A stretch of 64,000 nt of DNA from an uncultured Bacteroidota bacterium (GCA_903847585.1 CAINEC010000064.1:10225-74224); one strand, 5' to 3'; shown: positions 30,401 through 39,776, counted from the first letter of the stretch. Numbers and translations are program-made. Notes: a model not told the origin generated them from the letters alone.

Positions 30401-31887
30401 ATAGAGTTTGTGCTCGCCCCAGTTAAAGTAATGCTTAAACATTCGGGACCAGTTGCCACATAAGAGTACACTTTGTCTTCCCCTGACTCATAAAATGTTC
30501 CGCACGATCCGGTCGATGCGTTGGTGTATTCGTTTCCTAAGCAAGCTGTAGATTCTCCAGCACGCGTGAAAGGCAAAGTGCCAACGGCTACAGACGATGC
30601 ACATGTTGCTCCTGGTAATATTCCTGATGGAGCCGTGATTGAAATTGAATATGGATTACAAGCAGGCGAAGCCCAAGAATCCACAATTAAATAATATGTT
30701 TTTCCAGCTGTTACGTTTGCGCAAAGTGATTTACTACCTGTTGAACTTTGTTCAAATGCAATACATGTTCCTCCAACTCCTGAGCAACTTGAGGTGAGCG
30801 GACAACCATCATACAGTGTTATACCCGTGTAAGATCCAGATGACGTTAACGAAATGGAAATATTACCACTGGCAGCCGGGGTGAATGTAAAAACCTCATC
30901 TTCTCCTGTATAATACAAAGAACTACCGCAGGCAATTGTATTGGATGAAGTAATGTCATCAACTTTACCACAGGTTGTTCGTCCCGCACTTGTGTAAGGC
31001 AAAACAATTGCATTAACGCCTGTTCCCAATGAGCATCCATTTCCTGTAACTGGCGCCGATATCGTTAAGTTCGTATAGGCGTTACAGGTAGGATTTGGCC
31101 ATGAATCTAAAATTAAATAATAAGTTTTGTTTGCTGTTAAACATGCCGTTATTGTCTTATTCCCTGACGACGACTGAGTAACCTGTAAACAGACACCTCC
31201 TTGTCCAACAAGCGGACAACCATCATATAGTGCCAACCCTGTATAAGTACCTGTAGAAGTTAAATTAATTGTTACTGTGCCTGTTGCCGTAGGAGTAAAA
31301 ATCCAAACGCGATCTTCGCCATCAAAATAATACCCTGTACCACAAGATATAATATTGGAACTGGTCAAATCATTACCAGTTCCACATGTAGTACCAGCAC
31401 CAGCACTATAGGGTAAAGACGGTACCGTTACAACACCACCGCCCATATTATTCGGACAAGTAAGAGGCGCACTCGATTTATAAACAAAGGTCCCTAATCC
31501 CGCTTGAGCTGCACAACTAAATTTGGTCACTAACACACGATATGTTCCAGGCGTGACACATGTCCACGCAAGGTAAGATTGAATCCCACAAAAATCATCG
31601 TTATATCCTCCTGCAACAGCAACACCAAGATTATCAAGAATTGTTATCTGAGTGTCGTATACTGACGACCCTCCATCAGCTGCACAAAATGAAAAATAGT
31701 AAGTAAATCCAGCAGCCGCAGTAAATGTCCAATATCTCTTTCCATCAATATTGGTAGTGTTTGTCGATTGCCAAGCCGCATTAGGTGTTATGGCAGTCGC
31801 TAATGATCCAGCGGTACATTGTGCCCACGAATTATAATTCGCAGTGAACAGGACAACCAATAAGCATAAGCGTAAAAAATACTTCAT
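27466..31887 (-). CDS. Large Cys-rich multidomain T9SS-sorted surface protein (PPC-like beta-sandwich repeats, adhesin-like)
   Basis: Signal peptide; repeated GED.V..FTP...YDGCP...TYY(L/I)(I/V)VD.W domains; beta-rich C-terminal half; VFPNPV...GLYSIRL sorting domain. Confidence 0.85.
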   Translation of the reverse strand: MKYFLRLCLLVVLFTANYNSWAQCTAGSLATAITPNAAWQSTNTTNIDGKRYWTFTAAAGFTYYFSFCAADGGSSVYDTQITILDNLGVAVAGGYNDDFCGIQSYLAWTCVTPGTYRVLVTKFSCAAQAGLGTFVYKSSAPLTCPNNMGGGVVTVPSLPYSAGAGTTCGTGNDLTSSNIISCGTGYYFDGEDRVWIFTPTATGTVTINLTSTGTYTGLALYDGCPLVGQGGVCLQVTQSSSGNKTITACLTANKTYYLILDSWPNPTCNAYTNLTISAPVTGNGCSLGTGVNAIVLPYTSAGRTTCGKVDDITSSNTIACGSSLYYTGEDEVFTFTPAASGNISISLTSSGSYTGITLYDGCPLTSSCSGVGGTCIAFEQSSTGSKSLCANVTAGKTYYLIVDSWASPACNPYSISITAPSGILPGATCASSVAVGTLPFTRAGESTACLGNEYTNASTGSCGTFYESGEDKVYSYVATGPECLSITLTGASTNSIGFQVYKGCPGVVGTTCIGSAGGANSGALTGSITLPGAGTYYIVVDTWASPTNAQYNITINSFGSGASNDLPCNATPLVLGIPLNGANNCSGGASEPPAPACWLTPNNLNTVWYSAVAPASGQMRVRVIPNSLTNPQVAVYSGVCGTAMTLVGCNDDGTPCGTTTNYSSDLTMAGLTAGATYYIVVDGYNSEVGTYSVMALDASIPLTPLNNGQDCGVYLPVCDTTMSFGDPGFQSFGNICDFPGGGTNCLLSGERSTVWFEIPILANGSLTFSIVPKDWAGAPSTVCTDYDFAVWKIAGTGAVTCAQIAAGSAPISCNYNYLGVTGCFSAAAGVSPAAYPGFGTAFNAGIPVVTGEKYVLVVSNFTNSTSGFDIIFGSASPINYAATGTRSNWSGGIDTDWFKSDNWGGCPVPNCTKDAIIPGGIVNQPSVVSLVASCKSIVINPGATLTLNPGATLAVCENFTNYGSFTAAPTSIVLFSNAAVNQNIDGNLLAPNAFGNLTVTKTGGQVSILQNAEARGNFSVTNNTSVFTMNGKNLKVGGNFNNVGNFIPSTGVLEFNGTAAQTYSNTGLNGAEVGNVKMNHTSTGLTLLNNMVLNTSGNLNLTLGKIITNAFEVSTKNRTATSVTTGNTSSFVQGKLRRYLNTLGAYDFPVGETTKGYQRANLNFNNNAFPTAIDNILGNFAVHTVLPVALGVTECGTTYSSPSLNNGFWNFVANANPTSGQFDLTLYNLNYTNAAGRWTIQSNSGAAWVLAPGTCVVSPVTAVQRLAVSGITPFSTAQGPSPLAMQLINFNANAKSTEIALKWMTNYMVGDLQGFELYRSSDASNFEQIAWIDQSQGLNFNAGIRYDYIDNSIELNKRYYYQLAYVDDMGQKIYSDVQSAIINSNNSEFKLAVFPNPVHENMDVVFELENDSKVTVEIFDQLGKAIMIDNSAFYKRGLNKIHLEKSQLQMSAGLYSIRLLSEEKSEIVKVIVE

Positions 31888-31893
31888 AAGCTC

Positions 31894-32262
31894 CTACTGA
31901 TGCGATCGTTTGTTTAAATATTTCATTTCTCCGTGGCAATTCGCTTCTACCTGTGCTCCTGTTGCCCCGACCTTTATTACCCCCTGCAAATTAGCATTTC
32001 TTAAAATCGTTTCAGGATCTGTTGAAGTTGGAATGATAGCATCGTCTACCGATAATACCAACCAACCTTGAGCAGCACAATATTTCTGAAGTGTAACTCC
32101 ATCAATATTAGCTAAAGCATCCTTCCAGACCTGAATTGTTTTCCCTTCTGAAAAAGATGGCACTTCTATAACAAGCGTATAAAACTGATTAGTACTTTGT
32201 GCACTCACAATGTTAAAACTCACTATAAAAAACACAACTAAAATTCCGCTTTTAAGATACAT
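31894..32262 (-). CDS. Small secreted hypothetical protein, possibly ferredoxin/HMA-like fold
   Basis: Signal peptide ending SAQ; similar to ORF 45243-45635; ATG at 32262. Confidence 0.65.
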   Translation of the reverse strand: MYLKSGILVVFFIVSFNIVSAQSTNQFYTLVIEVPSFSEGKTIQVWKDALANIDGVTLQKYCAAQGWLVLSVDDAIIPTSTDPETILRNANLQGVIKVGATGAQVEANCHGEMKYLNKRSHQ

Positions 32263-32394
32263 AGCCAAAATGATCTTTTTGAGATTAGTGAATGAAGATA
32301 TAAATATTATTTTTAAGTATTAATTTTTGTGAATAACTATTTTCTTTCGTTTTTTTATTTTCGTTACTTTACCCAATCAAAGTTTAAGAATTTT

Positions 32395-33021
32395 ATGCAT
32401 AGAAAACATATTCTATTTATCATATTTATTTTCTTCATTTCACCTTCCAAAGCCCAAAACTTTAAAGCCAAATTATTCCTTGGTGCAGCAGGAAGTCAAG
32501 TCTCGGGCGATGAACTTTCAGGATTCAATAAAGGAAGTGCGCTATTAGGACTTGGAGTAACTTATCCAGTAAAATCGACTTCTGCATTAAGCCTTCAACT
32601 CTATTATTTACAAAAAGGTAGTCGCAAACCCAGCAAATTAGACCAAGGAGATCCTTCAACATACCTCATGCGACTTAATTATGTTGAATCAACCATTACG
32701 TACGACTTTTCATTAAGTAGAAAATTGTACTTGCGAATCGGCCCTTCTATCGGATATTTGGCGTCGTTTAAAGAAGAAGATCAAGACGGGCCATTGGGTA
32801 ACAGAAGTAAATTTTCTCCCATAGACATTAGCCTTGCCGGCGCCCTTGGTTTTCCATTTTCAAATTCCTGGAATTTTGAATTTGGTTACTTGCAATCAAT
32901 ACTACCCATTCGCGAACATGGATCAGGAGAAACGTATTATTTAAACAAAGGGCAGTATAATTCTGTTATTACTTTTACATTAGTCAAATCGTTCGGAAAT
33001 AAAACAGAAAAAAGTGAATAA
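32395..33021 (+). CDS. Outer-membrane beta-barrel protein (PorT/porin-like)
   Basis: Signal peptide; Y.QKGS, L.YVE and G.GPS..YL pattern typical of Bacteroidota 8-stranded barrels; start moved to MHRKH. Confidence 0.75.
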   Translation: MHRKHILFIIFIFFISPSKAQNFKAKLFLGAAGSQVSGDELSGFNKGSALLGLGVTYPVKSTSALSLQLYYLQKGSRKPSKLDQGDPSTYLMRLNYVESTITYDFSLSRKLYLRIGPSIGYLASFKEEDQDGPLGNRSKFSPIDISLAGALGFPFSNSWNFEFGYLQSILPIREHGSGETYYLNKGQYNSVITFTLVKSFGNKTEKSE

Positions 33022-33577
33022 GAGAAAAATAATTGTAGCCATTACTGGTGCTAGCGGGTCCGTTTACGCAAAAGTGCTTTTAAATAAACTTGTTAGCTTA
33101 CAAGATCAAATTGAAGCTGTGGGAATCGTTATGAGTGACAATGCAAAAGATGTATGGAAATATGAATTAGGCGATACTTCCTACGAAAATTTGCCGTTTA
33201 AAGTATATGATAAAAATGACTTTTTCGCTCCCTTTGCATCTGGCTCTGCTAAATATGATTCAATGGTTATTTGTCCTTGCTCTATGGGGACAATGGCACG
33301 CATTGCAACAGGTATCAGCAACGATTTAACCACACGTGCAGCCGATGTCGTCTTAAAAGAACGCAGAAAATTAATACTCGTTACCAGAGATACGCCACTG
33401 AGTTTAATTCACATTGAAAACATGCGTACTATTACACTTGCGGGTGGCATCATCTTACCAGCATCGCCATCCTTTTACAGCAGACCAGCCTCATTCGAAG
33501 ATTTAGCAGCTACAGTGGTCGACAGAATTATTGATCAAATAGGGTTAAATCAAGATGCTTACCGTTGGAGTGAATAA
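33014..33577 (+). CDS. ubiX: Flavin prenyltransferase
   Basis: ITGASG, ASGS, PCSMGT, RAADV.LKERR and PASPSFY motifs. Confidence 0.95.
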   Translation: MNKRKIIVAITGASGSVYAKVLLNKLVSLQDQIEAVGIVMSDNAKDVWKYELGDTSYENLPFKVYDKNDFFAPFASGSAKYDSMVICPCSMGTMARIATGISNDLTTRAADVVLKERRKLILVTRDTPLSLIHIENMRTITLAGGIILPASPSFYSRPASFEDLAATVVDRIIDQIGLNQDAYRWSE

Positions 33578-33668
33578 CTATTGTAAAATTGATGCAAGAA
33601 TTTTTGAAATTATTCGTTTTTTACATTCTTGATTACTTAAATTTGATATGCACTTAAAACACGCTTCT

Positions 33669-33860
33669 ATGTTTGAATATTCAAAAGAGATTTTAACGAA
33701 AGTTAGTTTTGACCGAGAACTATTCCGCAAGGAACTTGTGAAAGCAATTAAATGGCTCACCGCCGATGAGCGTAAACTATTGATGATTTGGTGTCTCGCT
33801 ACTTTTCAGGACAGATACAGCACAATCATTACTCAAGCCTTCAAACAGGTTATTCGATAA
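33669..33860 (+). CDS. Small conserved-looking hypothetical protein
   Basis: MFEYSKEILTKVSFD..LF.KEL.KAIKWL pattern; own TAAATTTG promoter at 33638-33645. Confidence 0.7.
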   Translation: MFEYSKEILTKVSFDRELFRKELVKAIKWLTADERKLLMIWCLATFQDRYSTIITQAFKQVIR

Positions 33861-33864
33861 GCAC

Positions 33865-34773
33865 TTATAAGGGCTTGAAATTATCTTTTACCTTTTGATA
33901 GCCCGCTCTACCCAAAGGTGATTCTTGAAATACTTTTTTGAAAACTTCTTCAGTAATTTCTTCCCACTCTTCACGGCTCCATGATAATCTGTTGTCATGC
34001 GGAATAAAATCTTTTTCGTTCGTTGGTTTTGAAAAACGGTTCCACGGACAAACATCCTGACAGGTATCGCAACCAAAAGCCCAGTTATCTAATTTACCTT
34101 TGTAAGAGGAAGGAATTTGCTCTTTCAACTCAATGGTGAAATAAGAAATACACTTGCTGCCATCCACTATTTTAGGAGCTATAATGGCCTCTGTCGGACA
34201 AGCATCAATGCATCGAGTGCACGTACCACAATAATCGCGGATAGGCGCATCCGTTGGTAAATCTAAATCAATAATTAATTCAGCAATAAAATAAAACGAA
34301 CCAGATTTTGTATTGATTAAGTTTCCATTCTTGCCAATCCAACCTAAGCCACTTTTCTTCGCCCATGCTCTATCTAATACCGGAGCAGAATCCACAAAAG
34401 CACGTCCGTTAACATCACCCACATTTTCCTGAATAAAATGCAACAACTCTTTTAACTTTTCCTTTATCACAAAATGATAATCGCGACCATATGCATATTT
34501 AGAAATTTGGGGTGCCTCCATATTTTGCATTTGGGGCGGATAATAATTCAATAATAAACTAATGACAGTTTTTGCATCATCAACCAGCAATCGAGGATCT
34601 AATCGTTTATCAAACCAATTCTCCATGTAGGCCATTTTACCATGGTAATTGTTCGTTAGCCACTGCTCTAATCGTGGTGCTTCTTCCTCTAAAAAATTGG
34701 CTTTCGAAAATCCCACATGCTCAAATCCTAAGCGATACGCCTCCTCTTTTATTTGCTGAGCAATGTTGGTCAT
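33865..34773 (-). CDS. queG: tRNA epoxyqueuosine(34) reductase
   Basis: [25 protein letters not shown]; two 4Fe-4S motifs [12 protein letters not shown] and [12 protein letters not shown]. Confidence 0.97.
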   Translation of the reverse strand: MTNIAQQIKEEAYRLGFEHVGFSKANFLEEEAPRLEQWLTNNYHGKMAYMENWFDKRLDPRLLVDDAKTVISLLLNYYPPQMQNMEAPQISKYAYGRDYHFVIKEKLKELLHFIQENVGDVNGRAFVDSAPVLDRAWAKKSGLGWIGKNGNLINTKSGSFYFIAELIIDLDLPTDAPIRDYCGTCTRCIDACPTEAIIAPKIVDGSKCISYFTIELKEQIPSSYKGKLDNWAFGCDTCQDVCPWNRFSKPTNEKDFIPHDNRLSWSREEWEEITEEVFKKVFQESPLGRAGYQKVKDNFKPL

Positions 34774-34813
34774 TTTTTAATAGTAGTAAGTACTAGATGT
34801 TTTATAATTTTTA

Positions 34814-34920
34814 TTTGGGCGCCCCCCAGTAGTAGAGCTAGCTTCGCTTCGCACACTACTTGGCCGGGCTATCCGTTTGTTTCTGCTGACGCAGGAAACC
34901 ACTTCTATCCCTGGCGCAAA
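34814..34920 (+). ncRNA. Structured intergenic element resembling the Flavo-1 RNA motif / Bacteroidota repeat
   Basis: GGGCGCCCCCC..GGCCGGGCTATCCGTT..hairpin..CCACTTCTATCCCTGGCGC. Nested stems CCAGTAGT/ACTACTTGG and TTTCTGC/GCAGGAA. Family assignment is from recall, not a search. Confidence 0.6.
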
Positions 34921-34949
34921 TTTATCAATGCAAAAACACTTATTCGCTT

Positions 34950-35987
34950 TTATGCTAAATCGTCAAACAGACTTCCTTTGTCTTTAAAGAACTTCTTTCC
35001 TAAATGACGGTAAGCCTTCTCCGTTACTTCTCTGCCGCGAGGCGTTCTTACTAAAAAGCCTTCCATAATCAAAAATGGTTCATACACTTCTTCTATTGTA
35101 CCACCTTCTTCTCCAACTGCTGTTGCTAAAGTGTTTAATCCAACAGGACCACCTTTGAATTTATCAATGATAGATGAAAGAATACGATTATCCATTTCAT
35201 CTAATCCAAACATATCTACGTTTAATTTTTCCAACGAAAATTGCGCAATAGATAAGTCAATATTACCATCACCTTTTATCTGCGCAAAGTCACGCACGCG
35301 GCGTAACAACGCATTTGCAATACGAGGTGTTCCTCTACTTCTACGAGCAATTTCATAAGCTGCATCTTCTGAAATTTCAATCTTTAAAATTTCACTTGCA
35401 CGCTGTACAATTAACGTCAAACGCTTTGCATCATAGTACTCTAAACGTGACGTAATACCGAAACGTGCACGTAAAGGAGCCGTTAATAATCCAGAGCGAG
35501 TAGTAGCGCCCACTAATGTAAAAGGATTCAATTGAATTTGCACGGAACGAGCATTCGGTCCGCTTTCAATCATAATATCAATACGGAAATCTTCCATCGC
35601 CGAGTATAAATACTCTTCAACAACTGGACTTAACCGATGAATCTCATCAATGAATAAAACATCATTAGGTTCAAGATTAGTTAGCAATCCTGCCAGGTCT
35701 CCCGGCTTATCTAAAACAGGCCCTGAAGTAGTTTTAATATTTGATCCTAGCTCGTTTGAAATAATGTAGGCCAACGTAGTTTTTCCTAATCCTGGAGGGC
35801 CATGCAATAGCACATGATCCAACGATTCACCGCGTTGTGCTGCTGCCTTCACAAATATTTTCAAATTCTCGACTACCTGATCTTGTCCTGTAAAATCTCC
35901 AAAATCACCGGGACGCAATGCCTTCTCAATATCTCTTTCTGTGGTGTTCATCTTTTCTTTTTCAGGATCTAAATGCTGATTTCTCAT
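34950..35987 (-). CDS. ruvB: Holliday junction branch migration helicase RuvB
   Basis: [24 protein letters not shown] and RTPRGR motifs. Confidence 0.98.
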   Translation of the reverse strand: MRNQHLDPEKEKMNTTERDIEKALRPGDFGDFTGQDQVVENLKIFVKAAAQRGESLDHVLLHGPPGLGKTTLAYIISNELGSNIKTTSGPVLDKPGDLAGLLTNLEPNDVLFIDEIHRLSPVVEEYLYSAMEDFRIDIMIESGPNARSVQIQLNPFTLVGATTRSGLLTAPLRARFGITSRLEYYDAKRLTLIVQRASEILKIEISEDAAYEIARRSRGTPRIANALLRRVRDFAQIKGDGNIDLSIAQFSLEKLNVDMFGLDEMDNRILSSIIDKFKGGPVGLNTLATAVGEEGGTIEEVYEPFLIMEGFLVRTPRGREVTEKAYRHLGKKFFKDKGSLFDDLA

Positions 35988-36126
35988 TCAACAAATTTAA
36001 GAAACATCCACCACAATAATTAATTATTAAAGTTCAATATCGGTGCTAATACTCAATTATCATTCAACACTTGAGTCAGCTTAGTGTTTTTCGTATATTT
36101 ACACTTAGAATTTAAAAAAAATCACG

Positions 36127-36672
36127 ATGTACGGATTAGTAAATCAAGCTATACAAGGCTTAGTAATTGATAATTTTGGTGAAGACAACTGGAAAGCAAT
36201 TAAGCAAAAGGCAAACGTAACAGAAGATTCTTTCCTAAGCAATGAAATCTATGATGATAGTATTACATTCAATTTAGCAGTTTCTGCCTCTGAAGTATTA
36301 AATATTCCTTTAGCAGATGTTCTTAAAACATTTGGTAAATATTGGATTATCAAAGTAGGCAACGAAAAATATGGTCCGTTGATGAAATCAGGTGGTGATA
36401 ACTTCATCGACTTTATCGTAAACCTTCCTAATTTCCATAGTCGTGTAATGCTTATTTACTCCGACATCAAACCACCCGAATTTATTGTAGAAAAAGTAAC
36501 AGACAAACAGTTGAAATTGCATTACTATTCTACTCGTCAAGGGTTAACAGATTTTATGTTTGGGTTAATACAAGGACTAGGTGAACTATATCAAACGCCA
36601 ATAGATATTAAATTAATTGCTGATCGCAGAAATGGTGATGAGCACGATATTTTTGAAATAGTTATTCTATAA
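36127..36672 (+). CDS. H-NOX (heme NO-binding) protein
   Basis: MYGLVN start, Y.D.IT, FG.YW, LPNFHSRV proximal His, PP.F, YYSTR (YxSxR) motif. Confidence 0.95.
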   Translation: MYGLVNQAIQGLVIDNFGEDNWKAIKQKANVTEDSFLSNEIYDDSITFNLAVSASEVLNIPLADVLKTFGKYWIIKVGNEKYGPLMKSGGDNFIDFIVNLPNFHSRVMLIYSDIKPPEFIVEKVTDKQLKLHYYSTRQGLTDFMFGLIQGLGELYQTPIDIKLIADRRNGDEHDIFEIVIL

Positions 36673-37826
36673 TGATTAGTACCACAGAGAGCAATTTACT
36701 TATCAGCAGATTGTTCCCATTCTACTTTTCACTTGATCAAGATTTAATAATTAAAGATGCGGGAATCAGTTTAAAAAAAATAATCGGCGACGATTGTATT
36801 GAGAGTGCATTCTCCGATTTTTTTACTTTTCTACGACCAGGCCTAGGAATCAAATACCATATCGATTCTATCAAGCAATACGAAAACCAGATTTTTATTT
36901 TGCAGGGCAAATCGCAATCATCCAACTTCAGAATGAAGGGACAGTTTATCGTTCATCAAGAAAACCGAACGTTACTATTTTGTGGTTCACCCTGGATTGT
37001 TTCTGAAAAAGATTTTGAAAGCTTAGGATTAAAAATTAAAGACTTTGCTTTGCATGATTCAACTATCGATATGATTCAGAATTTGCGTGTTCAACAAATG
37101 GCCGTTGAAGACTCCAATCATGTAAACAAAATGTTATTGGAAAAGAATGAGGAACTAAAAAAGACGAATGCTGAATTAGATCGTTTTGTCTATAGCGTTT
37201 CTCATGATTTACGTTCGCCATTATTATCAATCCACGGAGTAATCGATATTTTAAAACAGAAAGAATCCATTAGTGAAACAGGCAATCAATTGCTACAGAT
37301 GATTGTTAATTCCATCGATCGACTAGACAATTCGATCGTTGAAATTTTAGATTATAGTCGTAATGCACGCTTCGACGTAGAACATGTTGAGCTCGACTTA
37401 AACACCATTTTACAACAAATCACCACGGACTTACAACATCTCGCTCCAGTTAGATTTGACATACAATTTGAAACTTCTGCTATTGTTACTAGTGATAAAT
37501 TCCGATTGATAACTATTTTAAAAAACACGATAAGCAACGCTGTAAAATATCGCAAACAAAATGATACAGATTGCTTCGTAAATATCAAAGTAAGTAAAGA
37601 AGATAACTATACAATTATTCGAATAGAAGATAATGGTATTGGAATCAGCGAAAAAAGTTTACCGAAAATTTTCGATATGTTTTTTAGAGCTACTAGTAGT
37701 GTAGCAGGTACTGGTCTCGGACTTTATATCTGCAAAGAAATGATCACTAAGCTGGGCGGCGCAATCAACCTCGATTCAAAATTAGGGGAAGGAACTAAGG
37801 TTACAATTAAAATTCCTTCTAACTAA
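36672..37826 (+). CDS. Sensor histidine kinase with N-terminal HNOBA (sGC PAS-like) domain
   Basis: LFPFYFSLD.DL, MKGQF, LFCGSPW and GL.I.DFALHDS (HNOBA); H-box SHDLRSP, N-box NAVKY, DNGIGI, GTGLGL. Confidence 0.9.
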   Translation: MISTTESNLLISRLFPFYFSLDQDLIIKDAGISLKKIIGDDCIESAFSDFFTFLRPGLGIKYHIDSIKQYENQIFILQGKSQSSNFRMKGQFIVHQENRTLLFCGSPWIVSEKDFESLGLKIKDFALHDSTIDMIQNLRVQQMAVEDSNHVNKMLLEKNEELKKTNAELDRFVYSVSHDLRSPLLSIHGVIDILKQKESISETGNQLLQMIVNSIDRLDNSIVEILDYSRNARFDVEHVELDLNTILQQITTDLQHLAPVRFDIQFETSAIVTSDKFRLITILKNTISNAVKYRKQNDTDCFVNIKVSKEDNYTIIRIEDNGIGISEKSLPKIFDMFFRATSSVAGTGLGLYICKEMITKLGGAINLDSKLGEGTKVTIKIPSN

Positions 37827-38719
37827 TCTTTCTTCCAGATATTAATTGAGCGATCATCGCCTGCACTAATCAAAGTGTTATCGTCTATCCACAATAATGT
37901 ATTGACAGAATTTAAATGTCCATCATTTGAATGTTCAATACGCTGAATAACCTGATTCGTATTTGCATCCCAAATTTTTAATGTCTTATCACGACTAGCA
38001 GTAGCAAATAATTTTCTATCAAGCGAAAATCCGATTTTATAAATCGCATAATTGTGAGCAGGAATTGCATTCACAACCGTATAATCTTTTTTGTCAACCC
38101 ATCTTAAATGCGCATCTCTTCCACCGCAAAGTAAAATATCATCAGTGTAATGAATAATCGCATTAACAGAAAAACCTTGCTTCGATAGTTGATTACTATA
38201 GGTCACTTCCATCGTATCGTCATCAAAAACATAAAACATCCCTTCACCACAACCAACAAATGTTTTGTTTAGCTTTTCGTCAAAAAAAACAGAACGCAAT
38301 TTCATAGTAGAAATTTTTTGTTTGAAGATCAATGAATAATCTGCTGATGATAATACGGACAATACTCCGTCACCGCCTAATACATACACCTTCGATTTAC
38401 TTTTATTCTCAACGATAGAAAACACCCCTTTCTCATTTACTTTCAACAATCTCTTCTCCTGGTTGTTCGATAAATCGATGACATGAATTTCTCCTTTCGC
38501 CTGACCGATTAATAATTCATTTTTACCTTCCAGATAACATATTGAATAAATACTATCAGACGCTCTCGCAATTAAATTACCTTGTTCAGGTTGATCAATG
38601 TTCCATGATACCACTAAACGATCGCCAGATGCCGACAAAAATGATTTATCGCTTAATTTAATTAAATCATACACGCCACTTGTATGACCTAAACAACGAT
38701 TATGTAATTTGAATTGCAT
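37823..38719 (-). CDS. WD40-repeat beta-propeller protein
   Basis: GH...Y, SASGD, AHNYAIY, ATASRDKTLKIWD and SAGDDRSINIW repeats. Confidence 0.92.
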   Translation of the reverse strand: MQFKLHNRCLGHTSGVYDLIKLSDKSFLSASGDRLVVSWNIDQPEQGNLIARASDSIYSICYLEGKNELLIGQAKGEIHVIDLSNNQEKRLLKVNEKGVFSIVENKSKSKVYVLGGDGVLSVLSSADYSLIFKQKISTMKLRSVFFDEKLNKTFVGCGEGMFYVFDDDTMEVTYSNQLSKQGFSVNAIIHYTDDILLCGGRDAHLRWVDKKDYTVVNAIPAHNYAIYKIGFSLDRKLFATASRDKTLKIWDANTNQVIQRIEHSNDGHLNSVNTLLWIDDNTLISAGDDRSINIWKKD

Positions 38720-38840
38720 ATTGCAAAGATACGGCAGCCAATGATAACTATCGTGTTAATTTAAATTAATCGTTTGTAAATGGATATAAACGTTTAATAA
38801 CCGAATAAAAAAACAATCATCCTTAATCTTGCAACATGAT

Positions 38841-39094
38841 TGTTCAACCCTGTAGCGCAATGCTACAGGGTTGGCAATTACCAATGAATGAATCGATTAA
38901 TTAATGTTAAATGGAAAACAATAATCTACCAATGTTCAACCCCGCAATGCTGCGGGGTTGGCGAAATAAAAACCACGAAGTGGTTTAACAAACATAAATA
39001 ATCACGAACTATAAAACTCATCAAACCGCAACGCGGTTCAACAACCATCACCTATCACATACTATTAACCCCAGAACCGCAACGCGGTTCAACA
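38841..39094. repeat. Cluster of five REP-like hairpins (TGTT + palindrome)
   Basis: Plus strand: 38841-38873 and 38933-38960. Minus strand: 38970-38990, 39023-39043 and 39074-39094. All read TGTT-NAACC...GGTTN. Confidence 0.85.
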
Positions 39095-39105
39095 AAATCA
39101 AACTT

Positions 39106-39552
39106 ATGACGACCTACACCCAAATCATTTACCAGATAGTTTTCGCGACGAAAAGACGACAGAAAACACTAAGCGCCGAAAATCGGCAACGGCTTTTCGC
39201 GTACATGGCAACTGTAATCAGAAACAAAAAATGCCTGCCTTATTGTATCAACGGTGTTGAAGACCACCTCCACATTGTATGCGACCTCCATCCTTCAGTT
39301 GCGTTAGCTTCATTGGTAAAAGACATTAAACTTTCAAGCACAATTTTTATAAAGGAAAACAAACTCTTTAAAAAATTTAATGGATGGCAATCGGGTTATG
39401 GAGCATTTACCTATACTATAGAGGAAAAGCCAAGGCTTATTCGCTACGTCGAGAATCAGGAAAATCATCATAAGAAAAAGAAATCCATAGAAGAACAAAG
39501 AGACTTTTTAATGGCTCATGAAGTGGAGTTTTATGAAAAATATTTTACCTAG
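39106..39552 (+). mobile_element. tnpA: Y1 HUH transposase (IS200/IS605 TnpA family, probably REP-associated RAYT/TnpA-REP type)
   Basis: Y.IVFATK.R, DHLHI (HUH), WQSGYGAFT, RYVENQE.HH (catalytic Tyr); no tnpB follows; REP-like array immediately upstream. Confidence 0.9.
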
Positions 39553-39668
39553 TTGCTAAAACTATTTATATGATAAACCATGAATAATAACCTTTCAATT
39601 GAATTTAATTTTTTCCGACAATACAGGTCAATCATAAAAATAAATTTGGTTATCATAAAAAATCGTTT

Positions 39669-39676
39669 TTACTTTG
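39669..39676 (+). promoter_or_regulatory. Probable -7 promoter element for the metK leader
   Basis: TTACTTTG, a variant also found 4 nt before radA and 7 nt before the SDR gene; it ends 4 nt before the GCATT core of the first aptamer's P1 strand. Confidence 0.55.
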
Positions 39677-39679
39677 CAT

Positions 39680-39776
39680 CGCATTCAGACATCATATGTA
39701 ATGTATGATACCAACCGAGCGGACGATGCAACGGTGGTAAAACGATGCGGACCAGGAGTCAAAAAAGCGCTTTGCA
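39680..39776 (+). promoter_or_regulatory. SAM riboswitch aptamer 1 (SAM-I/IV-type, lacking P4)
   Basis: P1 CGCAUU/GAUGCG; J1/2 CAGA; P2 UCAUAU/GUAUGA; P3 UACCAACC/GGUGGUA with AA/U pocket; P5 GAC-CAGGA-GUC; L3 GAGCG complementary to tail CGCUU; lies upstream of metK. Confidence 0.8.

Noticed and set aside
34753-35007. 84-aa ORF spanning the ruvB-queG gap
   Set aside because: Overlaps both gene ends; better explained by the structured Flavo-1-like element.
38841-39094. Possible CRISPR array
   Set aside because: Units vary in length and orientation, spacing is irregular and there are no cas genes; fits REPs instead.
39568-39654. Imperfect long-range inverted repeat (ATGATAAACCA ... TGGTTATCAT) downstream of tnpA as a right IS end
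   Set aside because: Short, AT-rich and plausibly chance; it lacks the TGTT-hairpin signature.
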